A stretch of DNA of 63,883 bases, counting the filler, from Asterionella formosa (lineage: Eukaryota), in assembly GCA_002256025.1 (NCBI GenBank). It is 3 parts of 3 records of this genome, joined end to end, with 100 filler letters (N's around TTAATTAATTAA, not from the genome) between each part and the next. Parts side by side here need not be neighbours in the genome. Positions count along the whole stretch, not along the records: positions 21,355 to 42,590 come from NKIB01003075.1; 2 more parts are not named here. One strand, written 5' to 3'. Shown here piece after piece: positions 23,003 to 37,326 of the stretch. Position numbers and translations under genes: made by a program. Numbering within the stretch: the stretch's first letter is position 1; every line of letters starts with the position of its first letter. The notes beneath the pieces are model-generated. The model was not told the DNA's origin and made no database searches. It saw only the letters and a list, made by a program, of their open reading frames with translations.

Positions 23003-24787
23003 GAAGATGGGATCATATACTTTGATGTCAGTGTAAAAGCCTAGAAATGTGGCTCGGAGTGAGTATCCAAGGCAACGTAGAAGTAGATTTACGATCTTGC
23101 CAGATGATGCTGTAACGGCGAAGTAGAAGAATCCTTCTGCATCTTTAATGTTTACTAGGTCATTATTTGATACCTACACCTCGTCGAGTAGACAACATTA
23201 CTTCCGTACATAACTGATATTAAATGGATCTGCTAGTAATTTGCAAGAACCTTGTCGAATTTACTCCCTGACCGTTTTTTCTTGTACATGAGATTTTCTG
23301 GCGTTTTTGTGTCAATCAAAGTTTCAGTGTGATATCCTTGCATCCGCCATTGCGAAGTGAGAAACTTTCCAGTCGATTTGATTTTTTGTCGTGCCATGGA
23401 TATTGAGAATATATGGGATAAGGGTAGAGATCCTTGTCAATGCAGCAAGTACGGCATTTCGTCCCATATCGGCGATAGAAGCTGTTCCAATGTTCAGCTC
23501 TGATTGCATCATCATCCTTGTTCCAAGATGAAGCGACCAGAAAAGGCCGACATTCATCAAGATCACGATAAATGAAAAGCGACATTAACCACATGGTCAG
23601 ACTACTTATTCTTTTTACTCAATATATCGAACCCTGTTACAGGAGACTTGGCCAACGGAAGAAAGGGGTTGACGTTTGAAAAATGTTCCATAATCTCAAT
23701 CGAGTCAGCCAACAACCGATTTTTCAAAATCTCCTCACCGACGATCAGATTTTGATTTTCAGAAAGCAAAATTTAGCAACTGATAATTGCAATCAATTAG
23801 TATCTGAATATGAACTTCTTGCATGCATCCCTTCTGTTGTTGCTATTATTTATGAAGAGTATAGACTATCTGGAGGGTGATTTCGCCTTTCGAATGACAT
23901 TAGGAAATTGTCACATTGTAGTCACTCCAGTGTTTACTATTATTTAGAATATTAGCTTTAGTCGTAAAGACCTTTACTCTATGCGTTTACATGCAGACTT
24001 CTTTGTACTCTACTGCACCACACGACTTGCCACAGAGTCTGGATAAAGTAAATATAATGAGGCAATGTGGTTGCAAAACCTTGATATTAAATATTTTTGT
24101 GATTGTGATATTTTATGCATTTCTCCGTGTGTATGATGGTAATTAGTCGCTGGAATATACATATTTACAAGTTACCGGGCGGTATGTTGAGTAGAAATGC
24201 ATATATTCTAGGCTGAACTCCCGGCAGGTTCAACTGCAGGCATCCCGGTAATCTGTACCGAAAATAGTCGACGGGGTCAGTTCCTATCCTACATGAAGGG
24301 CTAAGCCCACAAATAATATCAAGGTGAGAGTTACCACCCTGCTCACTGACATAGAATTGACAAGTCATCTCAGAAGGATGAGGTCATTCCGACTCCTTGA
24401 TGCCAGTGAATACAGTGCTCGAGACTGGCTGGCATGGTGCCCAGCAATAACAATGACGAATATTGTTGTGTCCATACCTTTTGTGTGCGATCTGTTGCAA
24501 GGCAGATACGGATAACTGTTCTGGTACACTATTTGTCAATCGCGTTTCTAAGAAAAGGACAGTCCAGAAAGCGATTTGAGGCGAGCTCATCTGTCTAGAC
24601 TCCCTCACCTTCCGATACAGCAAGCAATGAAGAGTAACTAGGGGAAATATAAGACCAGTCCGGCAATTTCCACAAGACAGAACCAGGTAGTTGATACAAG
24701 GAATATCTAGTGATTATGGAAAAAGCACAAATATGTGTATATGTATATTTGCTTACGGATTTTGATACTTCGTGTATGGCAGTTAGA

Positions 24788-25627
24788 CTAGGCAGCCCTT
24801 GAAATTGGACGATTTGAGTTTGACGTTCGCCGAGGTCGCGTTGGGAACATAACTAGCAGGTCATCGTCACTGGTCATGCCATCGCCTGAACCTAAACTTT
24901 CACTATCGTCCTCAACGTGTGTATCCAAACGAGGATGTGGGTACAGCTGCGAGGCGTCGGATTCCATGGTTTCCAGGGAAACTCTCGAGATTGCAGTAGC
25001 AGCGTAGAAAATATCATAAGCGTCATCAGACGGGAGGTGAGCCTTGTTGCGGGAACTGTAGAAGGGAAGAAAATGGTCAATCTTCAGAATACTAGGCGAT
25101 TCTGACACTTTCCCGACATGGTCAACCTTAAGGTTACCAAGCGATTCTGACATCTTTCCAATCGACATGATATTCATTGCTTCGGTCGTCTCTCCGTTTC
25201 TTAAGTTGAGTGACTGGTGATTCTGTGACTCCCGTTGAACAATAGCTTCTTGACGTTTAGAGGACAAGGAGAGCTTGGCACTTATGGCGTCCATAGCGTT
25301 CGAATCGTGCCCCAACGAGAGTGCCCTTCGGATGCTCTTGCTCCTTTCCGCAATATACTGCATACTTGATAGGCGGGCGTGTGTATAGTCTGGATTCGAT
25401 GCTCGTCGATTGTTGGACGCCGATTGAATGTCATCTAGGGTTGGTTGGTGCTTCTCCATGAATTTACGTGTAATCTCTTGAATTGCAATGGGCGAGTTAG
25501 CCCTGGCATTGCGGAGTTCCTGTTGAAGTTCCTTCCATAGCACCACATCATTTACCAATGTTTGGGCCCTTTGACAAGGAACCTTTTCAACTGGCCTTTG
25601 TGATAATTCGTTGGCAAGGCGTTCCAT
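24788..25627 (-). CDS. Hypothetical protein, 279 aa
   Basis: Long ATG-initiated ORF with coding-like GC content between AT-rich flanks; no motif recognised. Confidence 0.6.
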   Translation of the reverse strand: MERLANELSQRPVEKVPCQRAQTLVNDVVLWKELQQELRNARANSPIAIQEITRKFMEKHQPTLDDIQSASNNRRASNPDYTHARLSSMQYIAERSKSIRRALSLGHDSNAMDAISAKLSLSSKRQEAIVQRESQNHQSLNLRNGETTEAMNIMSIGKMSESLGNLKVDHVGKVSESPSILKIDHFLPFYSSRNKAHLPSDDAYDIFYAATAISRVSLETMESDASQLYPHPRLDTHVEDDSESLGSGDGMTSDDDLLVMFPTRPRRTSNSNRPISRAA

Positions 25628-27365
25628 CGCAATCCTGAAATCGCTTCGACTTTTGTTGTTGCACGATCGTGGGGAGACTTCTTTCGGAAAGGTTTTTTAT
25701 GGTGGTTTCTTGTACAGTTTCTCATGTGACATCATCTGAATAAGCATCTGCTGTGTCCTAATCTCCTTTAAGTAGATTTCCAGCATCACAAAATTAGAGA
25801 TTTTATCGGTACATGTGGAAAACATAACCGGTATTGCTAGTCATTGCACAGTTTGTACAGCACCTGGTAATTGGTACCCTGCAAAAAGTACAAATATAGA
25901 CCCCTAAAGATTTATGTAAATTAATTCTCAAAGTGTGAACCATTATTTAACTCCACCATCTGATACTGAGTCGCAATAGCGAAGGCGACGGGTGTCTCAA
26001 GTTAGTGTGCCCTTCAATATCGCTCTTTAATTTTTCAACCGGGTCTGGGTGTACCGGTAGTCGTGCTTTACTTTTAACGTGAGCCAGCGTTTTCCTTACT
26101 TTTCGAGATGACTGTGCATCAGCTGTGTTGAAACAACATGTTGATCAGACAATGTTGCACTTCAAATTGGGTATCAATTTAAGCCCATTGTACCGGTATG
26201 TGTGTACTATTAAATGCTCGGAATCTCAATTAAAGGTCATATATGGCTGTTTAAGTGTATTTTATATGTGCCCCTGACGAACATTTATTGTTGTAAAAAT
26301 GGATTTATTCTGATGAGAAATCAACTCCGGGTAGGTTTACTTCCCGCGTTATTGTGCTCCACACAAACGCCAAGCGATGTTTCACAGGAGTGATCGCTCG
26401 TCCTTTGTCGAAATAATTTCGACAGTTGCTTACAATCTCCTCTGATTCGCCTTTTTCTCTCTATATATTATATAAGTTCTTCCTAGGAACTTCGCTGGAA
26501 ATAGCATAGCGAGCCAAGACAACTAAAATATATTGCGTGAATGGCTTTTGAGTTCTTCTTTGCTAATCGACTTGTCTAGTTCCCAAACTCCGGGTTCAGT
26601 CTTGTCCCTTCTCCAGGGTCTGTAGTTTTTGCATTTGTAGCTAGTCAGCCGATCTTGAAAATTGCATACCAGTCCAGGTGGAGATAAACGACTAAGCTGG
26701 CTATCGAAATTCAAGTAAATTCAATAGCCTGAAGCGATGCACAAGTATTGCTACTTAGCATTATACTTTCCCTAAATATGCTAATCTAACCAATGCACGC
26801 CTCTGCAGCATCGTCTTGTGCAGAAGATGCATATTTCTTCTAGAGCGGAGTTTGCAAAGCCAGAAGGGAAACCGTGTAAATTTGTGGATATGTTGCAACC
26901 ATAGTCGCGCATGGGGAGTAGTATGTTGGAGCAAGTCCATGATTGATTTCCCAGTAAACTGATAGGCTCCACTTTTCTGCACCGGATTGGTGAAGTATCT
27001 ACCAGATGCAAATGCTTAATTGACATAAATTTGAGATGATGTAGACATCCAATCAGATAAGTTGTTGCTTGGTAGAAATATGATTATTTTTCTAGCAACA
27101 AGCAATTAATTCAAGTGCCACACCAAGTCCCAGATTTGGGGGTAGCAGCAGGGTACCACGAAGACTTGAATAAATCATGATAATTAAAGCAGAAATGTTT
27201 CTACCAACACTGGTACGTTTAACCCCAGCAATTCCGCACATGAGTTACAAGGAAATGTAGTCACATGGGTTGATCAAATGAGTTGAGACATGTTCCAGGT
27301 GTGCAATCTAATTGAAAATTGTGAAGCTCATAGCTGTACATAGAGGACGCACAAATATTGGCCAA

Positions 27366-29494
27366 TCAACTATCAAGGCGCAGTTGCCAATCCGTGACCT
27401 TTCGTGATGTATTCCGTATCCACTTCTTCACTTCGTCCGAAATGTAACTGCTTGCACCTTTGATTTCCACAATGTACGGTGCTGCACTACTAATGAAATC
27501 AAAATCAGGATCGAGCGATTTCCCCACCCCATCCATTTGGGAAATAGCCCTGGCAACAAATGCATACTCGGCAGGGAGGGTGAAAAATCCCATCACCTCG
27601 GAATCATCAACCTTGCTCTTTTGCGTGTTGGAGCCGAGAGTAACATTGCCCTTATCTTTGAAGATGTACCCTGCCTTCTTGAGCTTTTTACGCTTAACTT
27701 TTATTTTACCAGACTCAAAATTGTCTTGGACTTTGGCTCTGATCTTCGCCATATCCGACCCCTTTTTCATTACACCCATCTTTTCAAAAGCGTCAACGCA
27801 CCGATCTGAATCCATGTCAACAATGGCCTCAATAACATCAAGGATACCTTCTGCTTGGTCAGGCTGGAGGGAACATGCTTGACCAAAGTCATACATGACC
27901 AGTCGAGGTGGTTTGCCTTTGATCACTTCGACTCCCAGATTTCCTGATGAATTCGACCACGAGAATTTGCCGGTAGTCGAGTCATTAAGCGAGCAATTTC
28001 ATGGAAAGGTTGAGAAAAAAGGGTTGTCATGGTAACAATAGGCATCGTTTAGTTACAACCAGTAGTATCATATATATTAGGCTTACCAGGATGGGGATCT
28101 GTTGAAAAGAATCGATTGGCACAGAATGAACGAAGGTATGTTCGAGCGAGGGAGTCGGCAAGATATTCTTTGTCGGCTGTCGTCACATTGGCAGCAGCTA
28201 ATTTTGCATTATTTGTGATCTTAATTGATGGGACAAACTCCATGACTAGGACTTTCTCCGAGGTTACTTGACTGTATACATATGGAGTTCTCAGCCATGA
28301 CGCTGCACTTGGTAGTAATTCATTGTCCCTGCTCCTTGCAGTGGGGACAGTTTCCATGCCATCCATACCCAACCCGAAATCGTTGGAAAAGCGAATTGCA
28401 TTATCAGCTTCATCGTTGTAATTAATCTCGCGATAGAGAATTGCCTTTGCGTCCTGAAAAATCTGGGTCCACGACTGGGAAACCCCACCCACTTGGCTCC
28501 TTACTCCGCCGATCTGATCCATCACCTTGGCTATCTTTGTCAAGAGAACCAAGTCCTGGTCGTATATCTCTCTCAAAAATGGACGTTGTAATTTGATGGC
28601 CACGGTCGCATTTGACTCTCTTAAGATTGCTTTGTGAACTTGACCTAAGCTTGCTGCTGCGATTGGTTGTGGATCAAAATCACTAAAGGTCTCATCAAAG
28701 CGAGCCTTCGATCCAGTGGCACTGTATGCCAAATCTAGGGCCTCCTTTCCGCTTTTCGCTGGCACTCGATCTTGTAGTCGCTCCAGAGAACGAATCCACT
28801 CTTCTGGAAGAAGCTTTTCTCGACAACTTATAATCTGACCTAACTTAATATACAGTGGACCCAGTTTGAGTAAAGAATTTGCAAAGAGCTCACCGCTCTT
28901 GGATCGTAGCTTGCTCTTGCCTTCCTTTGTGCTAAATACTTCTTTGATCCAAAATGGCACAAAACTCAGACAAATCATCATTATAGCCCTGCCTCTAGCA
29001 CCTGGGTTGGACGCGTACCTGGTCCATTCTGATGTGGCATCCACAGCTTGTCGTCTCCGAACTCGCCTGGTATCCATCAAGGCTGCGATGGACGAGCAAA
29101 ACACAAAAGCAGCGATGAGAGGTCTTATCGTGCGTTTATATGATATGGAGGTCGTGGTTGTGGCTGCCGCAAGAGCTCGTGTCGTCGTGAGTAAGAGCGT
29201 AGTCAGTATGGACCCAAAGAATTGAACTACTCTGCGAATTTGCCAAGTCCTTGTGACTGGCTTTGCAACCGAGCCAGCCCGAACACGAGACGGCAGATGT
29301 CCTGTTGCGCATGTTTCGATCGCATCTGACGGACTCAAACTTTGCAGAGATCGACATGCCCCATTGAAGAGAGTTATTTGTAGTCGCTTGTGAATCCCCT
29401 TGGCACTGAGTAGTTTTGAGGAGCCTTGGCAGCAGAAACCTTTAACGTTGCTCAATAAGCCAACAAAGACAAATACAAAGCATTTAAGGTGCAT
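27366..29494 (-). CDS. ABC1/UbiB atypical kinase, probably plastid-targeted; 2 exons (29494-28087, 27943-27366)
   Basis: LGPLYIKLGQ, LQDRVP, AAASLGQVH, DPHPG|N split by intron 28086-27944, YDFG; N-terminal signal peptide ending VKG-F. Confidence 0.9.
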
Positions 29495-30113
29495 CCTTTA
29501 CCCAAGTGAGTGATGATAACACTCCTGATGCGGTGGGAGCAGAAGCCGTTGGCTTGCTTGAAGGAAGGGTGAACGACAACAATGGAAGCGTACTTGTGAT
29601 GGCAACCGCCAACGCCATAACCGATGATTTGTACCAGGTATGCTGATGGAAAGTGCGCACACAGACATGTATGTATACATTCATATTAACTTAAAAGATA
29701 TTACATCGGTACGAAAGCGCAACTACCATGAAGCCAAGGCCGATTGATGTATGGGGACATTGAATACTAATGATGTATATTTGTTCTAGATTGAACGTAA
29801 CTGTGTACAGAAGCATAACGGTATAATACCGGTAGTCTGCCTACCTGGTGCTTTGCAAAGACCTCTCCTGCTTGAGAACAGTTACCTGGTACCTGGTAGT
29901 TAGTTTGTACAGTACCTGATACATAGTTTTTATGTTTCAATCATGAGCGACTTCTTTCAACATCTTCCCAAAAATATATAACGATTTATGAGCCTGATTA
30001 GTCTAGTCTAAATATATTTATGACTACGGTATTACACCACTCAATGTAATAAATTATTTTAATGATAGTTTATTTTGAATAATAAAATATATAGGATATA
30101 TATAGTTAATTAA

Positions 30114-33100
30114 TCAGATTTCAAGGCGCTCAGCTTCAGGGGATTGTTTCATTTCTTCCTTCAGTTTCCGTTTTGAAATGAAGCGCTTAAGGACGGATAT
30201 TGGCTTCGGTGATGCGGGCGATGTTTCTACTGGCGAAGATGAAGGGGATGCAGAATTTCGAAGGATAGATTTTGACGTCGCTTGAGTTCTTGCTGGAGGC
30301 GATGCCGGGGATGCTGGGGAGTTCACGATTACTTGGACCGGCACTGGTCTGGCAGCAGGCGTGCTCAGCTCAATGAGATTGATCGGACCCGCGACAATCT
30401 TGTCGGTTACAGGTATCACGTCAGTTTTAGACATTTGCTCGACGGCGTCCACCAAATTCTTCTCTTGATCGTCAATCAAGCGAAGTTTGGACATTGTTGC
30501 TATGCATCGGGGGTCGACAGAACCATGTGCTTCTAGTTGCGCTTTAAGCATCCGCGACAGCATCTGAAGCATACTGTGTTAGTTTTCATAAATGATTTAG
30601 TAATGCATCTGCCGGGTCGCATCATGACCTTACCTTTAGGGCTTTTCCCTTGTTGCCCATGAGGGAATTAATGACGGCCAAATGATCCATCGAGCCAATC
30701 AACGTCTCGTGAGAATCATTCAAAAGCATTTGCTGATGCTATAAACAAAGAATAATTCAGCAAAAGAAACATGACAAATCCAAAAGGAAGTCGAGTATTG
30801 ACAACTTACCATAAGCGCGGACTCGAATGCAACCAAAGCTGCAGAGAACTCTTTCTGAACCATTTTGACGAATCCAATGTTGCCACGGGTCACGGATACA
30901 TTCAAAGTGGTACCATGTGCAGCCAACACAAAGGAATCATAGAGAGAATGGCTGATGATAGCGTGTTGAAATTGAAGCGACTCCTGGAAAAGTTTCAACG
31001 ATTTACCAGGATCGCCACATAGGAATGTGAGAACACCGAGGTTGTTCAAGACCTCGGCCACCTGCATGAAGTCTGTGACTCCCTTACAATTACTTTTGCT
31101 GAGGCTAAGAGCTTGCTCAAGCTCTGCGTGGGCCATATCGAAATTTTCCAACGCGTAGTAGCACAGTGCAACTTTTGTGTGTGACGTCTAACAGAGGAGA
31201 TGAGAAGAGGCACCGGCCAGTAAAGGTGAACGTAAAGGCTGAAACTTACCAAGTAATCGGCATGATTCTCGCCAAGTAAACTTTTACGACTATCCCGCGC
31301 CCTAACAAAAAAAGAGAGGGCGTCCTTAAAATCACTGTTGAGGAAATGAAGAATCCCGAGGTTATGAAGTGCATTGCCAATAAATGGTCTGAAATCTAGG
31401 CCAGTATCCAAACTATTTGAAACACCACTTGATTTTGCTATTTCTCGCTGCTTGAAAGTTTCAGTGTAAGCGTAAATGATGTCTTCGTATAGCTCTAGCG
31501 CCTCGTCAATCTCGTCAACCTGAATTGTATTGACAAACGCGCACATTAAAAGACATGGAGATAGCGAGGAACGTCAGGCGTCCAAAGTACATACCTGTAA
31601 ATGTTCAACAGCGCAAGCCTCAAGAGTTTCTATGTTCTTGATGCCTCCTACCACACGAACATCATCGACATCGACCGGGAGCGACAATCGCTTGGTTGGG
31701 GATCCACCCTGGTTGACAACGAGTGATTCATCAATCTTCGTCAATCGATTATTTTGCTCTCTGGTCATACGACGTCGCATAGTTCTCATGCGCCAGACGG
31801 CATTTCGGACTTGACCGCGACCTGTTGTACCATGGGCTTCCGGTGTAGTTTTAACCAAAGAAAGTACTACATCTCCTTTCGCAATGCCATTGATGTCATC
31901 GATTGATTTAATCAATATTGGAGTCTCGTTGGACCGCCGCTCAGTCAAATCACTTGAGCACGTATCAACTGTTTGGGCAGCATGCGATACGACACCATCA
32001 ACACTGATGCATACGTCATCGCTCATTGTGGCAACTATTGACGCATCACCTTGGTCCTTTTCGTATGATGTACCTTCATGTAATCCTTCGTCCAAAATAT
32101 CGTTATCTACTCCATGGTAATTTGAGGGTTTCGTCGTTTCGTCGTTTTCTTCTTGTTGGCAAACCCAATCTGAAACAATTTCACTGTATTCATTACGTGC
32201 TTCGACGCTTTCTTCCTTGCCGTTACTTTCAACTTGTTGCAATGGACTGGGGCCACACGTGATAGCCATGATCCCAACTTCATCAGTTAGATTCGTGTTG
32301 TCCGTGGTGTTCTCATCACAGAATTTCTCCTGCTTGCCGTCGTCGTTTTGACCACCTTCTTCGTACTTCTCTTGTCGTTTCCCATTTATCTCACTAGCGT
32401 TGTTCTCCGATCGATCCGTGGAACCAGGGGTGTATTCAATAACAGTGATCCCAAGGGCTTTCGCTTTAAAAGTTGACCGACGACCATCCGTGGTGTCTTC
32501 CAAAACTGTACCATGCTGCAAATCGACACCTTCTGACTCTGATATGATTGCTTTTCCAGATTCAGCTTGGCTACTCTTGGTATCATTCATGATTGCAGTT
32601 GAATGTGTCGATGTATGTTCAGAAAGACCTCTTTGACCATGCTGTCCATTGTCCTGTTTACTATCACAATCTTCTACTTTTCCAGAGTCCATAACGCCAG
32701 GGGTCGGTTTCATTTCATCTTCTTTTGCTGTCAAAGCCGGTACTTTTTTGTCCAAAATTGTTTGTGTAGATTTTTGTTGATGATCGCCATTCTCGACAGG
32801 GTTTTGCGTATCATAGTTGGGAACACTATGTAAATCAATTGAGTCTTCAACAGGCGGCTTACTCCAAATGGTTACTTCATCTTTTGTTAGCATTAATCCA
32901 GACGCAGTTGTTACACCAGACGATGGCAAGATAAATTCTTCGTTATTAAACGTTTCACCCTTGTCCGGGGCATTGGGAAGAGGGGTAGGTCCTAATCCGT
33001 CTGCCGAATCAGGAAATTTTGCTAGTTCATCGAATTGCATCGTTGTTGAAATATGCTCAACAGGATCTTGCAAAGATGGGGAGAAATGTTGAGATCTGGG

Positions 33101-35536
33101 CTTGTCAAGTTGCCCTCTCTCTTCTGGGGTGTTTAATATATCAGTACCTTCAATCTCATCCACGGGCCCCAAAACAAATGCTGCATCAACTGATGATCCT
33201 TTTGTCGATAGTCTTGGAAGGTCGCCATCAGCAAATGTTCCAGGCGAAATGGCGACATGAGCGCTATTGGGGACGTCAGTCAATGGATTGCGCCCGGCGT
33301 CGAATCCATTTTCGGCGGCGGCAAGTTCGGCTACTGCGGGCAGAGCAAACGTTGACGATACCACCTCCACTTTCGATAAGGATGGATTCTCTTTTTTCTT
33401 TTCGATGTCACCTTTCATAGTCCAACCTGACCAGGGGTGACTCATCCTCTTCGTATTCACTGCCACCTTTTGTGGATCAGTCAAGGGATGCGAATTTCCT
33501 TTGTTTTCTTTGGTGTTCAGTAGCTGACCGGCCAACGGATGGACATTCAACTTCTCGTCATCTCGCTGAGTCTCCAAAGAGCGATCTTTCAGAGGATGAG
33601 TCTTCTTTTCATCTTTTTCCGCATACATCGTGTGTGTGGTCAAGGCACGTACGTTTCCTTTTTCGTTGCCATCTTCGTCCCTTGTGGTCAATGGAATCGA
33701 ATCGTCGCTAGCGACTAAATTTCTGTTTTTCGTTCTCCTATTTGGTGAGCTGCAATCCGCATCTGACTTCGCAGGTGAAGCCTTCAATAAATGCAACTTC
33801 GTGTCTCCTCTGTGAGGTTGAACTGCCGTAATTGGCAGTTTGTCATTCGCTTTCATTGTGACGGTCAATGGAATAGAAAGCTCTCCATCGAAACCTGGTA
33901 ACGGAATGGGTTGGTCTCCTGCAAATCGTTTCTTCTTTGTTCTCCGCTTTTGGGAGCTATCTTCCGTAACTTCTGACATGTCGTCTTTGCATGATTTTGC
34001 CGAGTCACTCGAAGCATGCGAAAATGTACTGCCATTTCTACCATGTCGCACAAGTCCTCTTTCCAGCCACCAATCAGTGACAGAGTCAGTACCCATTGAT
34101 TTCAATGATGGAGTTGTTTTCTCCTGGGAAGATGCATCGGCCATTTCAGCTTCGCTTTCAGTAACATCAACCATTTGATTTCCGAAAACCGATTCGTCTT
34201 CTGGGATGTCGTCAAGGTCAGATCTGACCCTGTTATCTGCTACAGCAGTAATATCATCATCGTCGAAGGAGATTCCAGTGGAAGTGACTTCCACTGCTTC
34301 TCCAGTAACATCCAATGCCTGAGACTTTGATTCCATGACAGCAAGTCGCTTACGGCGTCTCCATTCCGCCGCTATCTGTTCCGGTGACTGGACAACCTTG
34401 GGTGGACCAAGTACAAGATGCTCCATGACTGCACTTGCCTCCGAGAGAACACTAGAGAAAGTGAACGACATCTCTACTGCTGCATTGGAGAAATAAGCGG
34501 CATCGCTCATCAATAAATCGAGAACGTCCTCTTCTTCTTGTTCACAATAGTCGACATGGCTAACTGTCTTGCGAGGTGAAATGTCCTTGTATTTATTATC
34601 AGCTTCTGAGAAAGACACTCGCATTTTCTTTGATTCGCTTGATTGACTTTCGTGTACAGCTCGGCTTGGGAAAAATGCCAATGCTCCCTGCTGCGGCATT
34701 TCTTGTTGCTGTGATGTCTTTAATGGTAGTGCGGTCTTCTCGGGTATTTCTGGTGACTCGGGGACAATCCTAGATTCTGGAGTCCGCATTCCAGTAAATT
34801 CTTCGGGTGGTCTGCGAGTAGGCGTACGAAGTTCACCAAATACGCTGTCTTTATTTAAACTCAATACGTTCTTGTCGGGACTCTCGTCATCGGGTACATC
34901 CATTGCAGAAATCTTCTTTTTTGGGCTCCTTTCATCGTCGGGGACATACTCATCACTTGTACCTGGTGCGGCAGCACTGGTAGGTGCCGTAATCGTTGGA
35001 ACAAATGATCGATCAAATTGACGAGTAGTCAGCATTTGAGGGGCGCTTGTGGTAACGTCCGATAGCCCTTGACTTTTCGGTTTACCTTCATTCTTTAGCA
35101 ATGCCATCATGCGCAATGTGGAAGGAGTGCCCTTGACTGCAAAGTCGACTTCTTGACTAATAGTATTAGCTGTAGGCGAAATCTCCTTCTTCTTTTTGTA
35201 CGGCACCGGTTTCAGAGAAGAAGCCCCCAGAGGTCGCCTCCCTCGAGGTGCGTGCTCCATGGAGGTTGTGACACCTCGCCGGTGCAGGGGAGACTTCTTC
35301 TTGTCGTCTTCCGGTTCATCAAAGGGTGTATCTTCCTTGCGTTGGACATTCTTGTTGCTCCATGGTACACGATTTCGTCTCTCTGACACTCCCTCTGCGG
35401 AAAAGGTAGATTGAATGGAGTGTTGAGGAGTATTCGGTGCTGACGAAAGTGGAGAAGGAGGTCCATAATCGTCACTAAGGTGAACCAACGCGGGAGGATG
35501 AATGCTGGGGAAGCCGTCGTTGTTGCTGTCTTCCAT
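30114..35536 (-). CDS. Large protein with a long disordered N-terminus and C-terminal TPR repeats; 5 exons (35536-31595, 31519-31250, 31187-30810, 30738-30634, 30563-30114)
   Basis: TPR motifs ALHNLGILH, VLNNLGVL, TRGNIGFV; four phase-0 GT-AG introns restore one reading frame. Confidence 0.78.
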
Positions 35537-36589
35537 GATGCTGATTGGCTTTGTGACGAGATAAGTCAGCCGGTAGTAGTTCCTGTTTTGTTTCGGCAGT
35601 AGTATGTATAATGGGGGTTCAGGAAAATGAATCAAGGGTGCTGCAAAATAGAAAATATGTAGTTCCCTTTGTGGAACAGTTTTCTGGTTTTGTTAAAGCA
35701 TTTTATTTCATGGCTTGCTGAGCAGATGCATCTGCATGATTCTTTCGCGACTGTTTCGTCGGGGGGAATCGGCAGTATATTTGAAAAATGTACAGGCATG
35801 AGGATGATTATATTAGATTTTTAAGTACGGATTTACACGTAGATACGACACACGCTCTGGTTCAACCGAAACACATGAATAGAATGTGCGCATGGTGGCC
35901 TTCTTCCGTGCCTTCTTCGTCCTTGCTGTAATTATTATGAATTCAAACAATTTCATGGGTAGATATCATATTTGGACCTGTACACATAAAAATTCATGGA
36001 TATGTATGTACCCAGATCTACCGGTAGTGTCATGCGCGCGAATGAAATATTTCCTACATGAATATATATATACATATGTAAGTTAAATTCCTTAGACCAG
36101 TGGCAGTTCATGTTTTTAAGAGGCTTTATCATGCTATAGTCTTTCTTTTAGACAAGTCAAATGTAGACTGTAATGTTTTGCTTCCTCATTTTATTGTGAG
36201 CTTATACTTTATTTCAGATCAGTTGGATCTTGGATCTTTTGTCCAAACTTTCATGCAGACAACCAAGTAATGATAATGATCTGTTCCTGATCATTCAATC
36301 ATTCGTTTACTTCATAACACATTTAGAATATTGTTTACTTACATTGTCGGCAGCTCCAATGGCGACGACATGCCTGTGAAAAGTTCATTACATAGAACAT
36401 TTACCTTTCCAAATATTCCATCCCATCTTATTAATTGTATGTTTGTCTTGTTCATTAACATTAGTTCAAATATTTCTTCACCGGAAATAGTTTCTCTGTA
36501 TAATATTGACGACATGTACATCGATGGAATGCTGTTAACCCTAACTCAAATCATCCTAGATTTTGTCATATATATTGACAACCAGCATT

Positions 36590-37326
36590 CCTTCACAAAC
36601 CGGAGAGACTTTCTTGACAAAGTAGAGTATTTTCCCAACCATTGAGCGGTAATCTGAGTGTAGGACAATTTCTCCATCTGTATTCTTTCTTAGGCTTGAT
36701 CCAGGTACTGCTGGTATGCTTGAAATCTTGGGGAGTCGTCCAAATAGATCTTTAAATTCTTCAAACATTCCCTGGACGAAATCTTCCATGTTTGATTCCA
36801 GGTAGCGTCCATCTTTCTCAGATCCCCATTCATACCAGACACCAAGGTGTTGTTTGTTTAGCTGTCCGAGTTCCTTAATTGTAAAATAATCCTTTATATA
36901 TTTTTTAAAGACAAGAATGTCTGATGGCTTTCCGGCAATCGCGCAATCATCAACATGTGTCCCAACCAATAATATTAATTTATTGTCCCTTTTGAGGTAG
37001 AACACACAAGGATCCACCTTACTCTGGGTAATTCCCATATTAAGCAGACATTGGACAAGTTTCTTGGACCATTGCAAAGCTGCTTGGACAGTACTACCAT
37101 ACATAGCTTTGTCCAATAGGATGCACGAAGTCTGCAATTCTTGTTCAGTGACATATCCAAATTCTTTAACTCCTTCAGGCCATTCAATGTAGATATTTTC
37201 ATCCATATCTGCTTCAAGGAATGCTGCTTCCGCATCTATGACATCGCAAATCCAGCATTCTTCAGGTTTGTTGTTTCCATAGTATAGTGTGATAGCAAAA
37301 ATGGATCGCATAAGCAAAGTCAGCAA
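36590..37326 (-). mobile_element. Ty1/Copia LTR retrotransposon reverse transcriptase relic (truncated, no LTR seen)
   Basis: DAEAAFL, IYIEWPEG, LDKAMYG..QAALQW, DPCVF, HVDD, YRSMVGKILY; similarity breaks off after KVSP. Confidence 0.88.

Noticed and set aside
26700..27050. Short minus-strand ORFs (also 23316-23594)
   Set aside because: Short, with no motif and no splice model.
29484..29684. Upstream ORF MALAVAITSTL.. as an extra ABC1 kinase exon
   Set aside because: No convincing splice pair, and ATG 29494 already gives a signal peptide.
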